DNA from: Bigelowiella natans CCMP2755
Taxonomy: Eukaryota; Protista; Cercozoa
Reading direction: 5' to 3'
Assembly: GCA_000320545.1 (NCBI GenBank)
Contig: ADNK01000564.1
Location: 1 to 39,097 of the forward strand
Length of the DNA stretch: 39,097 bases
Part shown: one piece after another, positions 24,102-37,450 of the stretch
Layout of the letters: each line of letters begins with the position of its first letter
Position numbering within the stretch: the stretch's first letter is position 1
Notes under the pieces: generated by a model
Databases searched by the model: none
Told to the model about the DNA's origin: nothing
Seen by the model: the letters and a program-made list of their open reading frames with translations, nothing else
Program-made: the position numbers and the translations under genes

Positions 24102-24523
24102 CGGCACTGATATTCTGGTTGCGCTCAGGCATCTGATCACACACTTCTCGTATGCGACATCCAAGGGGTGGGCGACCTCTATACCGACCCCCAAATTCAC
24201 CACATCTCAGGAGAAGGCTTCGGAAAAGGTTACTGCCACCCACGAATTACACACACATACACACCAATACGTGTTTATAATAAATATGACTTCCTGCACA
24301 GCCTATCATCATCATATACTTCCTCGTCTCGAATAAATGGAAACAATCAGCTCCCCGTTTCATGTTCCTTACGCTCTCCCCCTCCTCCTCCATCCCCTCC
24401 TTGCGCTTCTTTTTCATAGGCAATCTGGGAATGGCTGGGATATCCAAGTTCCTTCAAAAGCACAGATGTAATGCCATCTGCCGCTATCTCAAGCTCCCAC
24501 AGGTTTATCATTTCTATTATTAC

Positions 24524-24558
<35 letters not shown>

Positions 24559-25188
24559 GTACAATCATCTCTTCGACAAATGAGACTAGTGATTGTGGCT
24601 GGAGGAATGATGAGTTGCATAATTACATGTATCACCAATCCGCATCTTTCCCTCAAATCGAAGTCTCACATTTCTATTCAATACTATGTATCTTGTCAGC
24701 TGGGAAACAAAGTTAGTGACATAGGAACGATTCCTACCACACGCCTTATGGCCCTGAACAACATCCAAATCGTCACGATGGTGCAGCAAGCTGGAGCACA
24801 GGTAATAGTAGTGCCGTTGTTGTAGTTACATACACACAAACACACACACACACACACAAATTGCCCCCTAAGCAACTGAAATGCTCGAATTTCCCACCTA
24901 TCCCAGCTTCATTCGCAGACTGCAGTGCTACCTGTTTTAAAGAGACAGGTATGTTCTTATTTTATTAAAAAGAATATAACGAAACAAAAAAACCATGAAA
25001 AGGGGGAAGAAGAAAGTTGCTTGGTGAACTTGCGATTTGTCCTGAATATCGTCGGAGTTGCTCTTTTTGGGAGACGATCAAATCTTGTGTTTCGATGGCG
25101 GGTTGGAAATGTAATTACGTATTAATTTCTGTAATATTTTCCTTGCTCAGGTTGTGGTGGACTCGACAAAGGAACATACGCGATGTAG
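21430..25188 (+). CDS. Alpha-kinase (eEF2K/myosin heavy chain kinase family) with N-terminal SHOCT-like motif
   Basis: Exons read LQNLK|KLLNDGLITKTEYSVRRNQLIDEL (SHOCT-like); KYTYDLKTRTWTQQEVNLKL|DTVPFSRGSLRVVY; FVAK; YFRDVETQ|TIAKYYAEKFNQYHPPKK|VDFIKACVLEL; VEKFIPGPYRKHNSNYGYV; RNTPQAFSHFSWE|ASDHTLLVCDIQGVGDLYTDPQIH..GFGKG|NLGMAGISKFLQKHRCNAICRYLKL. Extra 5' exons are possible near 20968-21243. Confidence 0.92.
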
Positions 25189-25299
25189 TCGTTGCTCAAT
25201 TCTCTAAGCGCCAGCGTTTTGTTTACGTTTCAAAAATTAACATCGTGCGCATTTATACGCAAAAATATAACGGCTCCAGTTCATGCATTATTATGCATG

Positions 25300-26012
25300 T
25301 CTAGACGATGTACGTATCTTACAAATGCCATAGCAAGTATTCATTTAAATGCATTCTAGCCACGGACATGCTGCTTGCATAGATCTAGCTAGTCACTACA
25401 ATTCCTACCACGCACTTTGCATTTAGATCTCATGCTCTGATAATAAACTAATACAGGTTTTAATATGACTTCATTCTGTAATTTTTTCGATACGCGATGT
25501 GCCAGCCAAAACTCGTAGCTAAATAACATCTAAATCTAGCTAGAGTACATCTTAACTACTTACGAGCTGATGCCTCTAGGCGGCCGTTCTAGCTATAGGC
25601 TAGCAGGCGTTCTTCTAGTCTTGTGCATGCATGCGACTGCTGCTCTATCTTCTAGATCTTGTCTAACTAGCTAAAGTTGTCTAGATATAATATATAGACA
25701 TAGCTAGATAGCTAGACAGTAATACTATATGTACATTGTACACAGCTACATCAGGATGACCATTGAAAAAATTTAATTTGTTCATTACATCCGTCTCATA
25801 TGTACATTGTATTACATGTGCATCACCTAGCTGTTTGAGGACGAGCTAGATGAGTCAGGCAGATATGTCTATATAGACATTTATATCTATCTGTGCTTGC
25901 ATAATGCAATGCATGATGGATTGTAATGAAAGCGATAGCGTGTAAGTGCAGGTGCACATGTCTAGCTGTAGACATGTATCTCTGCATATCGTAATTACAC
26001 CATGCTAGCATG
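25300..26012. other. CTAG/CATG/TGCA palindrome-rich convergent spacer C
   Basis: Close to 20 CTAG counted by eye. Palindromes ATGTCTATATAGACAT (25865-25880) and CATGCTAGCATG (26001-26012). Confidence 0.8.
25762..25800 (+). repeat. ~40-bp dispersed element, copy 1 (other copies at 30900-30940 and 31104-31144)
   Basis: ATTGAAAAAATTTAATTTGTTCATTACATCCGTCTCATA vs ATTGAAAATTTCTGATTTATTCATTATACACCCGTTTCATA vs ATTGAATAAAATAATTGTCGTTCATTACTACATCCGTCTCA. Confidence 0.7.
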
Positions 26013-26051
26013 CGTTGCTCGCTCCCTGAAATTGGGTTTGTGCATGCGTGG

Positions 26052-28938
26052 CTAATTCTCCGCTTCCGTCGTCGTAGATGGATTCCAATCCTCAGCGATG
26101 TCTAGAGCCACCTATGGTTGAGACAATGGGTATGAAGAAAACTTGGTCAATTCATCATCTTACTGGACATGCTTTGCGCGCGAAAACCAAGAAAAAAGTA
26201 ATATTAAAGTAGTGAGGAGGTACCAGGCAGCTCTCTTTCACAATTTGCTGTTTATCCTTCACGTAGCCCTCAAGGATTTTTACCGCCTCTGTGCTGGATA
26301 TGCTCCCCAAAGCCTCAGCCTTTACGATAGGGGGAAGGGGCAGAATAAAGGGGAAAGGGGGGGGGAGGAGTAACGAAACTGGTTACGATATTGCTTGCGC
26401 AGACATTTACTGAAGAGGAAAGGCGAGTATATTCAGCGGAAGTCGTTGCAGTATTAAATTGAGTCTTAAATAATACCACTTTGGGATGTTCACGTCGATG
26501 ATCATAAACCAGCACAAACGTTCATGATGCATGCCGTTGTATTCTGGCTACTAGTAATTTATTACCGCCTCGTGCCTCACCATGGAGTGCTCCTTGTCAT
26601 TTTCCAGCACCTGAGAAGCGAGAAGGAGGAATCGCAAATTGAGATTTCGCGCCACGTGTTATTTCTCTTTGTTTCATACTACTGTCCGACACCATTGTGC
26701 AATTTCTTATCAGGTCTAAAAGAAAGCCTCATATTTTCCTCGCTGTGTAACTCCCATACGCCCCCACCCCAGCCCGCCCCACGCTACGTTGATTCTACAA
26801 CTGGTGCTAGCATCACACCACCTTTTTAAGGTGCGGTATGGAGGCCTCATGGCGCATTTGTCCCATCACATAGGCTATCTGTATTTTATGAGTCACGGGT
26901 GTAAATATTTCAAATCTCACAATGATGCAGTACTATAAGCAGCAGCTGTAATTCGGATAAAATTTGCTGCGAGCGAGATTTGACAGATAGATCAACCTCG
27001 TGGCGTACGATGGCGCTCTTATCCTCAAAAGCCACGGCCAAAGCCTATATACAAGCGAACGCAATTATCAAAGCCTCATTTGCTTTTGCTTTTCCATCTC
27101 ATCATCCATCATCTTCTCCTAATCGATCGATACTAGCACTATCAGTAGTAGTACAGTGGTAATAGTAGTAAGTAGTAATAAAAGTGTACAGCTGCAGGAA
27201 CGACAACATAGCAGCTTCTAGTAAGTAGTAATAGCAGTGATCTTTCTTCTACCTTAACCGCTTCTTCGGTGCCAAGATCACGCAGTGCGAACATTGCACG
27301 ATACCGATGGAACAAGCCTTAAATAACAGAATTGTAAACTTTGTGCATGCGCCTGAGGCTGTCTTATGTGTTGTTGTTGCTGTTGTTGTTATGTAGTATT
27401 ATTCGGTGTGCCTACGCAATCATCAAGGTAATCGGAGTAATACGGACAGATATGTGGAACACAGACACCATTTCCCTGCACCCCCACATCCCAAATTCTC
27501 TATCAGAAGTACTATCTCCCCCTCACCCCGCCCCCACCCTCATTCCTGTCCCTTACTTATCGTGGTATCGGTGAGTGTCTTTTGGAGTTTCTCAGGAGAC
27601 GTTTCGCCTTCCTCAGCGGGGGCTGGGTCTACAGATAGGTATTTGGATGATGGCGCATCATCCCCTGTATAATAATATCAGCACAATAATAATAATCTAG
27701 TGAATAATGATGATGGTGATGATTATGATGATGGCATACTTGTGGTCAATAAACAGCGAACATATAAAGCTACTAACCATCGTTCTCCGCATTTTCCTTT
27801 TTCTTCTTCTCGGCCAGTGCAAGGCTGTGCTTAATGGTATCTATGGCAAGTTTGCAGGTCTTGAGGTAGGAAAAACAACAAGATCGAACGACGACACGAC
27901 AGGACAGAAGCAAAATTACCGTCTTGAACATGCACAATATGAAGAAAGAAGAGTATCGTTTATATCGCTACCTCAGCTACTTCTGTGACTTTCGAATCTT
28001 TGTATTTTTCCAAAAGCTGGTAAGGAGGCACAAGGGTTGGATTCATTAGAATATAATTATCATTGGTCTCAGTCCCTCTCCTCTGTACTCTCCCCCCCCC
28101 CCCCCCCCGATAACAACCTCGATAGACTTCTCCATGCCAATTGCTCCAAGAGCTTCAGCCGCCTTCCAACGGATTTATGACTTAGGAAATCAATTGATGG
28201 CGAGAAGAAGGAAGGCAAGCAGCAAGCACAGTACAATTATTACCTCATGTCGAACGACGGGATGCGCCTTTTCGTCCTCAAGGACAGCGTTTAGTACTGG
28301 CAGAGCCTGCGGATCCTGCATTTGACCTGTAGTTATGTACAGTAATTCAACCTGACATCACCAAGTGCTGTCTCTCCCAAGAAATAATAAGCTACTTTCG
28401 TAGCAGCAGTAGAGAGGAACATTACTGTTGTGTTCAGTATGGTGTTTAATGCTGACCGAGAACGTAGCATATCTCATGATTTAGCAGAACTGATTCGGAA
28501 ACAAGACCTCCCGCAAGCGCATCTATCGCCTCCTGCACATGCATTGACAGAGAAGAAGCGTTGCACTGAGATGAAATTCGTTTATACGCACAAGCTATTG
28601 CTACCTTCCCGCCGTGCATCTTGAGGTAGAACACGGTACGCATTCGCTTGCCAATATTGCATTTCTAAGTTATAATGCAGGATGAGTATGATCACTAGGC
28701 CTTTCAAGCTCCATGCCACGCGTCTTCTCAGAGTAGCGTGGTTATGAATAGGAGCAATTGTTTTAACTCATATACGGCTAGCAGCACTGGACTCATGACC
28801 AAGGAAGAAGAAGAGGGGGAGTTTCAGAAAAATAGATATTCTCCAATTCAGCGATCAGAAAATTGAAGATAACATCCTACAGCAGACCGGGTCCTTGAGG
28901 TCGTCTCGGAGAGTTCGGATCGGCGGAGGGGCCTCCAT
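26052..28938 (-). CDS. DOHH: Deoxyhypusine hydroxylase (HEAT-repeat diiron enzyme)
   Basis: All four HE motifs are recovered across in-phase GT-AG exons: LLNHEICYVLGQMQ, VVRHE|AAEALGAIG, IVRHE|IAYVMGQM, MVRHEA|AEALGSI. Also RMRTVFYLK, EVAE|TCKLAID, YLSVDPAP, FHRYRAMFALR and VKESCL|VALD. Confidence 0.95.
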
Positions 28939-29465
28939 TGTTTGGTGCAGAAACTTCCTGAAATGTCCTTGAATTCGTTACAATTATACATTTTTTGTGA
29001 TGTCGTAGTATCGAAAATGAAGCAAATTAAACCTTTGTGTATAATGGCCTGGAAATTCGGAGATCGTCATTTAAACTATGCTGAAACATCGATGAATTAA
29101 GAAAAGCTGTGCGTATTGTACGTTTAGAAGGATAATGTTCTTGTCGTAGGCCATTAAACAGCGCATCGGCTCTCCCGCACCAGGCCCACGCATAACCCAT
29201 TCGAGTCCTCCAGAACAAAGAAAGGTCAAATTGAATGTGGCCCGGGGCAACAAAATTGATACAGTGTTGTTCAGTGGACAAATAATCCCTGTAGAGATGC
29301 AAAAGACAGTAGTAGGAACTGCCCTGTATGCTAAAAAATCGTCGAGTGACATCTTGCCCCCCCCCCCCCCCCTATTTTGTTTCTTCTCATACTCTATGAT
29401 ACGCATTTCTCCACTTCTTGCCCCACCTTATTATATTTAGTATAAGCTCATTTTACTTATCTGCA

Positions 29466-29467
<2 letters not shown>

Positions 29468-29521
<54 letters not shown>
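29468..29521. repeat. (TA)n microsatellite
   Basis: Direct read. It is representative of dozens of (TA), (CA/GT), (GA/CT), (CAT/GAT), (CTA/GTA), (GAA) and (GAG) arrays, nearly all intronic. Confidence 0.95.
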
Positions 29522-29523
<2 letters not shown>

Positions 29524-29561
29524 GAGGAGAAAAACCGAAAGCGGTCTAAATTTCCCTGAAA

Positions 29562-30560
29562 ATGGCCCCGGGGAAAAAAAAATCCGATGTCGATTACCTC
29601 AAAGGGAGTTCCTCACAAAAAACCGGTAGCATAATATTTCAACGAGCTAGATTCCCTTCTTAAAATAAACCCACCCCAATTTGGCCCCCTTCCCACAGTT
29701 TTAATAGAGTGTGGGAGTAGTAATTCTCAGGGTGTTTTCTTACTGTTAATGCATTTGATATTTCCAGCAAGGAGAGCGCAGCGGAGGTTGCAGAACTTCA
29801 TTTACATGGAGCAACAGAAGGTAAGCAACGTTCTGATTGAATGTGGGATAAAAACCAAAAAATGTAGAGCCTCGTGCAGGGGAGGTAAGTGAGTAATCTG
29901 TCAAGGGTAGTGGTTGTCAAAGTTAGAGCTCCATAAGATGTAATAGTGATATCCAGATACGATTCTTCGTTTACTAGTACTACAGGATAAATATCACGAT
30001 TTCTCGCCATGAATTCTATAATTCACTTCATTTAAGTCAATACGCTTTATTCACTCTCCCTTGCTAATAATGTATACCAACAGGAAACCATGACTAATGC
30101 GGTAGTGCGCCTTACGGACAAGTGCTTTGGCCTTTGTTCGGTAAGAATTTCTCTAGTAAAATCAGTAAATCTGCAATGGAAGCATGGTCAACAATTTTTG
30201 TTAAAAGGCCCTGCCTTTAGAGCTGGATAAGGATTTTTTAAATTTGTTTTTTTACTTATTTTACATCGATATGTCCTCATCCTCGCCTCCGCAGACCCCG
30301 GGAACGCGAAGGTCTAGAACTCTTGACGACTGCATGACAAACTGCTCGAATAGGTAGTGAAATATCTTCTCAGCGTATTCTACCCATATTACTGATGCGG
30401 CGGTGGTTCGTCTGGATTATTGAGACATTTAATCTTACATATATCACGCACATTGCTTTTCAGATATGTGGAAGCCAGCATCCTCGTCCTAAAAACGATT
30501 GGTTCTAAAGTGAACAAGATCGACACGGACCTAAAATACCTCTCGAAGCCACCAAAATGA
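29562..30560 (+). CDS. Small Tim mitochondrial intermembrane-space chaperone (Tim8/Tim13-like, twin CX3C)
   Basis: Exons read RRAQRRLQNFIYMEQQK|ETMTNAVVRLTDKCFGLCS|TPGTRRSRTLDDCMTNCSNR|YVEASILVLK...PPK*. The twin CX3C motif and LQxFIxxEQQK resemble Tim8. The start is uncertain, with possible upstream exons from ~29045. Confidence 0.8.
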
Positions 30561-31375
30561 TTATGGTTTGCTGTAATTTCTGAAGAACGATGGAGAAGTT
30601 TGAACAAAATGGGGATGTACAATTAGATCAGCGTGATGGTGAAATGTCGTCTTCGTTGTGGGATTTCATGCCACCGCTATCGCTATCATCTTATTGTATG
30701 TATCCAGCAATGCATCTTAGAACCGTCAATCTTGATTCCTGCCAACGTCATGTCACCGCATCGTTAAATGAAGCGCGCAATATAAGTTATCACGCACGCT
30801 TGTTAATATGTCGAAAGACAACATGCTCGCCAACGCTACAGCATGTATGTGGCCAGCAGTAACTGCGGCATAGCATTGCATAGCTATATTAGGTTAACAA
30901 TTGAAAATTTCTGATTTATTCATTATACACCCGTTTCATATATGGCCAAGCTAGCAAGCTGGCAAGCGCATGCATATCAGTCACAATTATCAGTATGTGC
31001 TATAAACGTTGTGTATACATGAAGTGCAGAAACTAACAGATGCAATCCAAACGCTGTAGTCACCACTTTATTGAATAGCTACGTTGTTATCATTAATGTG
31101 ACGATTGAATAAAATAATTGTCGTTCATTACTACATCCGTCTCAGTCAGTCTGCAGTGGAATTGTTGGATACGTTGTGTTTGTATATTTGTTGTCACATC
31201 ACATCTATATTATGCATCAGCGTATCGTACGTAGCAACAATACATGGTGGAACACAAATGCTTAGTATTATTATTGCAACCATTGCTATAGCGATTGCAT
31301 TCGAATTTATATCTGTTGCGGGAACAAATTAATTTCATCATATAGCTGTGAGTCACACATACTCTCTCTCCCTCA

Positions 31376-32995
31376 TTATGAATCTTTACTGTCCTCCTCT
31401 CTGCATGAATCTAGAGTCCCACAGAAAGATTCAAGGGAATTGGCCAAATCTTCGTCGTTGAACAGATCTCTGGTACTCTCTACCAACGCCCGCCCTACAA
31501 GCCCTCCGGAGAAGCTCTTAACACGTTCTGACAGGCGAGGGTCTAGCTTCTTCGAGATTGCGTTGACGAATCGAAAGCCAATCGCCGTGACTGCCGCGGA
31601 GAAAGGGAGAAAATAATCCTTTGAGTACCCGATGAATTGCCGCACCTCAGAGAAGAAATTTGCCCATGAAAAGCTAGATGTGAAGCTTTTGCTCCCGGAG
31701 CTGCTGTACCAATGAGTCGAATTGTATCTGTGATAGACTTGCGCTACGAGTAAATGCGAAAGATCGCACGACCGCAGAAACCCCATCACAACCTTAACGT
31801 CCCTTGCAGCCTATATCAGAGTATTATTAGAAGAGCTGGTATAGAAAATCAAGGAAAAAAATCTCTCAGGCTAATCTCTGTAGGGTTCTACTGACCATTT
31901 CGCACAAATTCCATCCTGTATAAAGGTTTAGAATGAACCGAAAGTCGGCATCTTCGAGCTTTAGTACACGTTCACAATCTGGAATGCTTCTTTCTCGGCC
32001 GAACGGGAGGCGCTGCGACGCGGCCTGAAGGACCTCTTCCTCATAATTAGCATCGCTGGTGGCATCCATAACTATGTGCTCAAAGCTGTAGTAACTTTCG
32101 TCGATAAAATACATGGGAACGATGAACGAGATTGTGAAGATAAACAGGACGCTGCTCAGCAGGCCTAACACAATTGTCGCTGAACTAGCCGAAAAATTAG
32201 TTCCGGAGTCTCTTGACGCAAAGAGGAATATTTGGAGCGGCTGAGCTCCCAGAGCCATGAATGCAAGAGCCATCGACATGTACACATCTTGGTTGCAAAG
32301 AACACCCCAACTGTACCTGGTGTAAATCCGTGTTGACTTTATCACAGATAGGAGAGACTAGCAACACTAACATGAAAAAAAAATTGGCCTCTGAAGTAAT
32401 AACAATACGACCCTCCCTCCTCTAACTACGTAAATACCTCCAATCTAGAAAGGCCAACAGGGCCATTCCAACCTGCCCTAGACGAAGGGAGACAGACTTT
32501 ATCCTTCCAACTAGAGGAAGCTCGACTACTTGTCGTTCATAACAGAAGAATATTTCTGCCTGCAAGCAGCGTTGGGTAAGAAAATGTCAGTTTCCCGAGC
32601 GCTGCTATATTTCCTACTACGGTGATATATCTAAAGAAATAAAATATTTTCGATCCCTCGCCATACAGATAAATAAACCGATACATAGGACAGGAGAGGG
32701 TGAGTGAGTGAGAGAGAGGGGGGGGGAGGGGGGGGGGGGTATTTGGGTGATTGCTTGATAATGAATAAATGAATTTACCAAGCTGTGCAGGAGGCCTGGG
32801 ACCTCTTTGATAACCGAGTGATAGCGCATAACCCACATGAAACGCGTTAGTCCTTTCGGGAGTACTTCAGGAGAAAATTGCCACCATAGCAAGCCTAACG
32901 GCGACGTAATGTAAAGTTTTTGTTAGTATCAAAATTGAGAGTGTCGTGTGTGTGGATAGCATAGAGATCTATTGGACATACGACGTATAATAGAG

Positions 32996-33028
<33 letters not shown>

Positions 33029-34044
33029 GTGTATAAGATCTAGTAATACGGCATCGTATTTCCAATATAAAACCAGGCATGCAGCTCAGTGTAATATCAC
33101 GCAAGGGCCAGTGTTTTGGCAACCTAAAGAGACTCCTCTCAAAATAAAAGAGGAGAACCATTGTGAAAGCAGAACTCCAATATTCTGCTGACGTTTTTCG
33201 GGTCGTTTGGGATCGTCCAAGATACGCAACCAATAGCTGGAAACCACCACTATGAGATGTATCGCCGCAGCCACGAGAATCTCTTCTGGAGAATTCAGTG
33301 TGCTCGCGAGAGTGCCCCAAAACGGTGCCATCCGGTGAATAAGAACTGAGCATACATGGAAGAGGGTTAGGGGTTCAGGAATCTGTTCGTCTCGGCAGCA
33401 ACAGTACAAAGTGGTACGTTTTTCTGGCGGCATAGCTAAACCTTTACATGACAAATCGCTTCCTACCAATCAGAATATTTCGTATCAGCTCTTCCCAGCT
33501 AAGCGAGAGGCCAATGCTGTCTCCTCCATGTTGCTTCTCAACAGCTGTCGACTCCGAATCATCCCCCTCGCTTTTGGACTCCTTTGATTTCCTGGCTGAC
33601 AATCTCCGAAAGGTTTTAATTCTGTTTCTCAGTTGAAAATTGCCCCTTGCTTTCTTGTCAGATAAGGTGCCTCTAGAACCGAGTTCAGGGCTCAGTCCAT
33701 CGTGATTTTTGGGTTTGGATAGCTTCTCCGAGGCTGTGCTCATTCCCGCATTGATCAGATGCGGCCTGAAGCTTGCACAGATGAATATTCAGAGTCTTAG
33801 CCCTGGCAATGATGATTCGGGAAGGGAAAAAAGATTTCCTTTGCAGACAATGGTCCAGTTGCAACCGTTTCGGCAACCAGCTTCCGCCGCTGGGAGATAA
33901 TAAGAGTCTGCCGACCGTTTCGAAATTCCCCGATGTTGCGCGAAAATCGGCAAGATTGCTGTCAGAAGCGGGCCAAATCGTAGAGAAGGAGAATACTCGT
34001 AGAAATGTTTGCCCAACTTTATGATGAGATGATGTGAACTGCAT
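31376..34044 (-). CDS. Hypothetical multi-pass membrane protein (multi-exon)
   Basis: Chain of long non-repetitive minus-strand ORFs joinable by GT-AG introns. Hydrophobic segments include ILVAAAIHLIVVVSSYWL, SAFTMVLLFYF, MSMALAFMALGAQPLQIFLFA and ATIVLGLLSSVLFIFTISFIVPMYFI. No family was recognised and the 5' structure is uncertain. Confidence 0.55.
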
Positions 34045-34751
34045 GCCTTTTTTTTAGACTGACTTTACTTTTTTTTTCAGGAAACCAGTCTTGTTTCTCA
34101 GCGTGTTCCCAGGAGAGAAAATCAACGACTCGTAGATCTACTACAAGTACTGGGGAGCCGACTGAGGCCAGAAAAGTAGTGCTCAAGAGCGCACTGTTTC
34201 GTCTTTTTTTGGTACCGAAAACATCTTAAAACGGATTCACCAAACGACAAACGTGCTCTCAGATGCACGCCTCGACTCGGTCCTCGTCGGTTCCGAAGCC
34301 GGCCCGCCACATCCACTACATCGAAGCCCTCGCCAACGAACGACTCGGCTGTGGAGAGACGACGGAATAAGGCTTGTGGTGCTTCTTGACTGCCAAGCGG
34401 ATCTTCCCACCACTTCCATCACCACCACTACCGGCAGTGCTCCCCGGGAAGTTTTGGCATAATGGTTGTCTGCTGCTTTCAGGCGTGGCGGCCTGGTCAC
34501 TACTTGCGACTTTGTTTTGAATGCATGCACTTGTTTTGGTCAGGAGATTAATGCGTACGAGACGACATTCGTACTCACTCTAGTTCTCGTCGCCGTAGGT
34601 CATGGATATGTTCAATCCTTTTGAATCTTAAAGAAAAACAACATGAGAGGGGGGAAAGCAACCAACAACAAACCCCCAGAAATCAACAACCCTGGAAACA
34701 CATAGGGGCTTTTCTTCAAACGTTGTCATAATTACCACCACTATCATCGTT

Positions 34752-34789
<38 letters not shown>

Positions 34790-34801
34790 AAAAACCAACA
34801 G

Positions 34802-35828
34802 GCTTGGGCTTGGACACACTCTGTCGCGTTGATCCGCACACATCTCCCCATACAGCCAGCGCTCATTATCGGGTTATAACATGTTGTTGGTTGGGGAGAA
34901 AGGGGAACGGGAGGGGAGAGGAAATATGATTCTGAATGATCGGATAATAATTAGGGAAGAATATTATCCGTGTTTCGTCATCATGATGCATCCAGGATAC
35001 GTATGCGAGGGAGGGGATAAAGCCCACTAAATAATGAACATAAATTATCATAAATTGAAGAACAAGGCGGCATTTGCTCTTTGCTGAGATTTTGATCATG
35101 TTTATGATGACTAATTCCAAGGGGGGCGGCAGTCAAGCGAAGCACCCACATGGAGGTAAGCTCGTCATGAATGCCGCAATTTAAATTACGCACACACATA
35201 CACAAACACACACACCACCTGTCAGAGAGGGGGGGGGGGGGGAGAAAAAGAGAGAAATGTAGTTGTGTACAAATTTTACGTGTTTGTGTGAACAAGTAAG
35301 TATCAAATCAAACTTCCGATCTGAAGGAAGGAAGATTAACAAATACGTGCCAACGAATCAAATCATTCTATCTTCTTCATTTGTATTTTTCGCAGTACTT
35401 GGTCCAAACAAGGACATCGAGGCTTTTCGATGGCTGCAGGTATTTCAACTCCTCTTCTACGTGTTTCCTCTAATTACCTTTCTTCAAATGGAGACGACAA
35501 CAACTGACCGATGACTTAGATGATAGTGAATATTCATCAGTTCCAGTCGCAGTTGCCTTCATAAACATTTCCTCCCTGCCACTCCCCCATGTATAGGTGC
35601 GATACCTTCTGATCTGGGCTCTCGCCGTCTTTGGGGACTGGCTGCAGGTGTCATCTCTAGTGAGTGGATCGAGAGGAGTAATGAGAAGGAAGGCCGATGG
35701 AGGAAGCATCACCAACAGAGATGCATCTTGCTTACCTTGAACGTGATCCTTTGTTATTTCTGTTGGCGTTTTCTTCTTCTTTCCCTTCTTGTACTTTTCC
35801 AGGGGCCATACGTGTACAAAGTCTACCA

Positions 35829-35869
<41 letters not shown>

Positions 35870-36666
35870 CTTGCGTAAGAGAGAGACAATAATCGATACT
35901 GCTCTTAGCGATCAATTCTATATTCATCATCATCATCATCATCATCTTCTTCTTCTTCATCATCATCATCATCATAATTTCTCATTTTGAAAGGCACGGG
36001 TATGATCGAATAGAGATTCAGAGTCTCTTCGTGACAGGATGTCTCTCGGCAGCGATTCTTGGAGCTCCAGCGGTATTACGACGTGCTCGTTGGCACACAC
36101 ATCCCTCGTATTGTCCTCTTTCCATCGCCATTCTGCATTATCATCACCATCATCATTATCACCATCATCTTCTATTTCTTGTTCTCCTCCAGGCGGGATT
36201 GGCTGATTTCGTGGGTCGAAAGAAGGTGGTGATGGCCTATTTCATGACCTATGCAGCCTCGTGCTTCACATACCACTTCCAGGTCGCCGTAGTATGTCGT
36301 AAATAGTACCAGTAGCAGTAGTAGGTGTGGTACTATCCCCTCGGCGTCGCTGTTGCTGATGCTGCTGCTACTTTTCCACTCTTTAGCAAAGCGTCCCTAT
36401 TGTTATAATATCAAACAAGTATACATACGGCGGTGTACCGAAGGGACCCTCAGCTATGAAATTCTGTCCATTTCATTATTTTCCCCCGACTACTCCGCAT
36501 TCACACTTGTAACGCTATGATCGTCGACATCATCTTCGTCATCATCATCATCATCATCATCATTCGTAACCAAATAAAGAACATGTGGATATTGGTACTC
36601 GGCCGCATTTTGAGTGGAATCTCTCAGTCGCTCCAGTGAGGCGACTACCACTACTACTACTACTAT

Positions 36667-36698
<32 letters not shown>

Positions 36699-36848
36699 CT
36701 GTTATTATTCGACTCTAACAATAGAACTCCAAATAGCATACATAGCACATACGTACACACAAACACGCACGTGCACATACATGCATGCATTCGAGCATAT
36801 TTGCTGCACTGCATTAAGGACGTAGACAAGTGCGTGCGTGCGTGCGTG

Positions 36849-36885
<37 letters not shown>

Positions 36886-37412
36886 CTCATCGGATGATCT
36901 CTTCAGGTATTCTGTTTTCGAGTCGTGGCTGGTGAGGAGGCATAACACTGAGGTAATATCATCACTATCATCAAAATATCTACATGTACTTCCTATCATC
37001 ATCATTCTTATGGCATTACTATAATCGTTGCCAGGGGTTTCCCTCGGAATGGATCAGAGACACCTTCAAGAAGGCCTCGTAAGTTGTGTCGGCGAATCTA
37101 AACCCTACCTCATATGAACCAAGATCAGAGGAGAGAGGAGCGCATGCGTATTTTGTGCATGTGCGCGTGTGCCCATGTGTGTGTGTGTGTGTGCCCATGT
37201 GTGTGTGTGCGTTATGTGTATATCGTAAGAAAAGACAATGCCTGTGCCCTATGTGTGGTGTAATTATGCACGAGCTACTACTAAGCCTACATCACTCCAA
37301 GATGATTCCTCATTAGTTTTTATTCAATTTTATATTTGCGTACGTTCCCATTCACTCGAAATCGACGATGGTAAAGTCCCCCTGCCCGCCATCTATGAAC
37401 GTCGTTGTCGTT

Positions 37413-37450
<38 letters not shown>

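Noticed and set aside
29027-29440. Overlapping ORFs between DOHH and the small Tim gene
   Set aside because: No recognisable motif. They are more likely promoter, 5' UTR or upstream exons of the Tim gene.
8237-33088. Stop-codon reassignment suggested by in-frame TGA near 8237 and 33086
   Set aside because: Both are explained by a 1-nt indel or by the true exon using another frame. DOHH, the alpha-kinase and MFSD5 read cleanly in the standard code, with TGG at conserved Trp positions.
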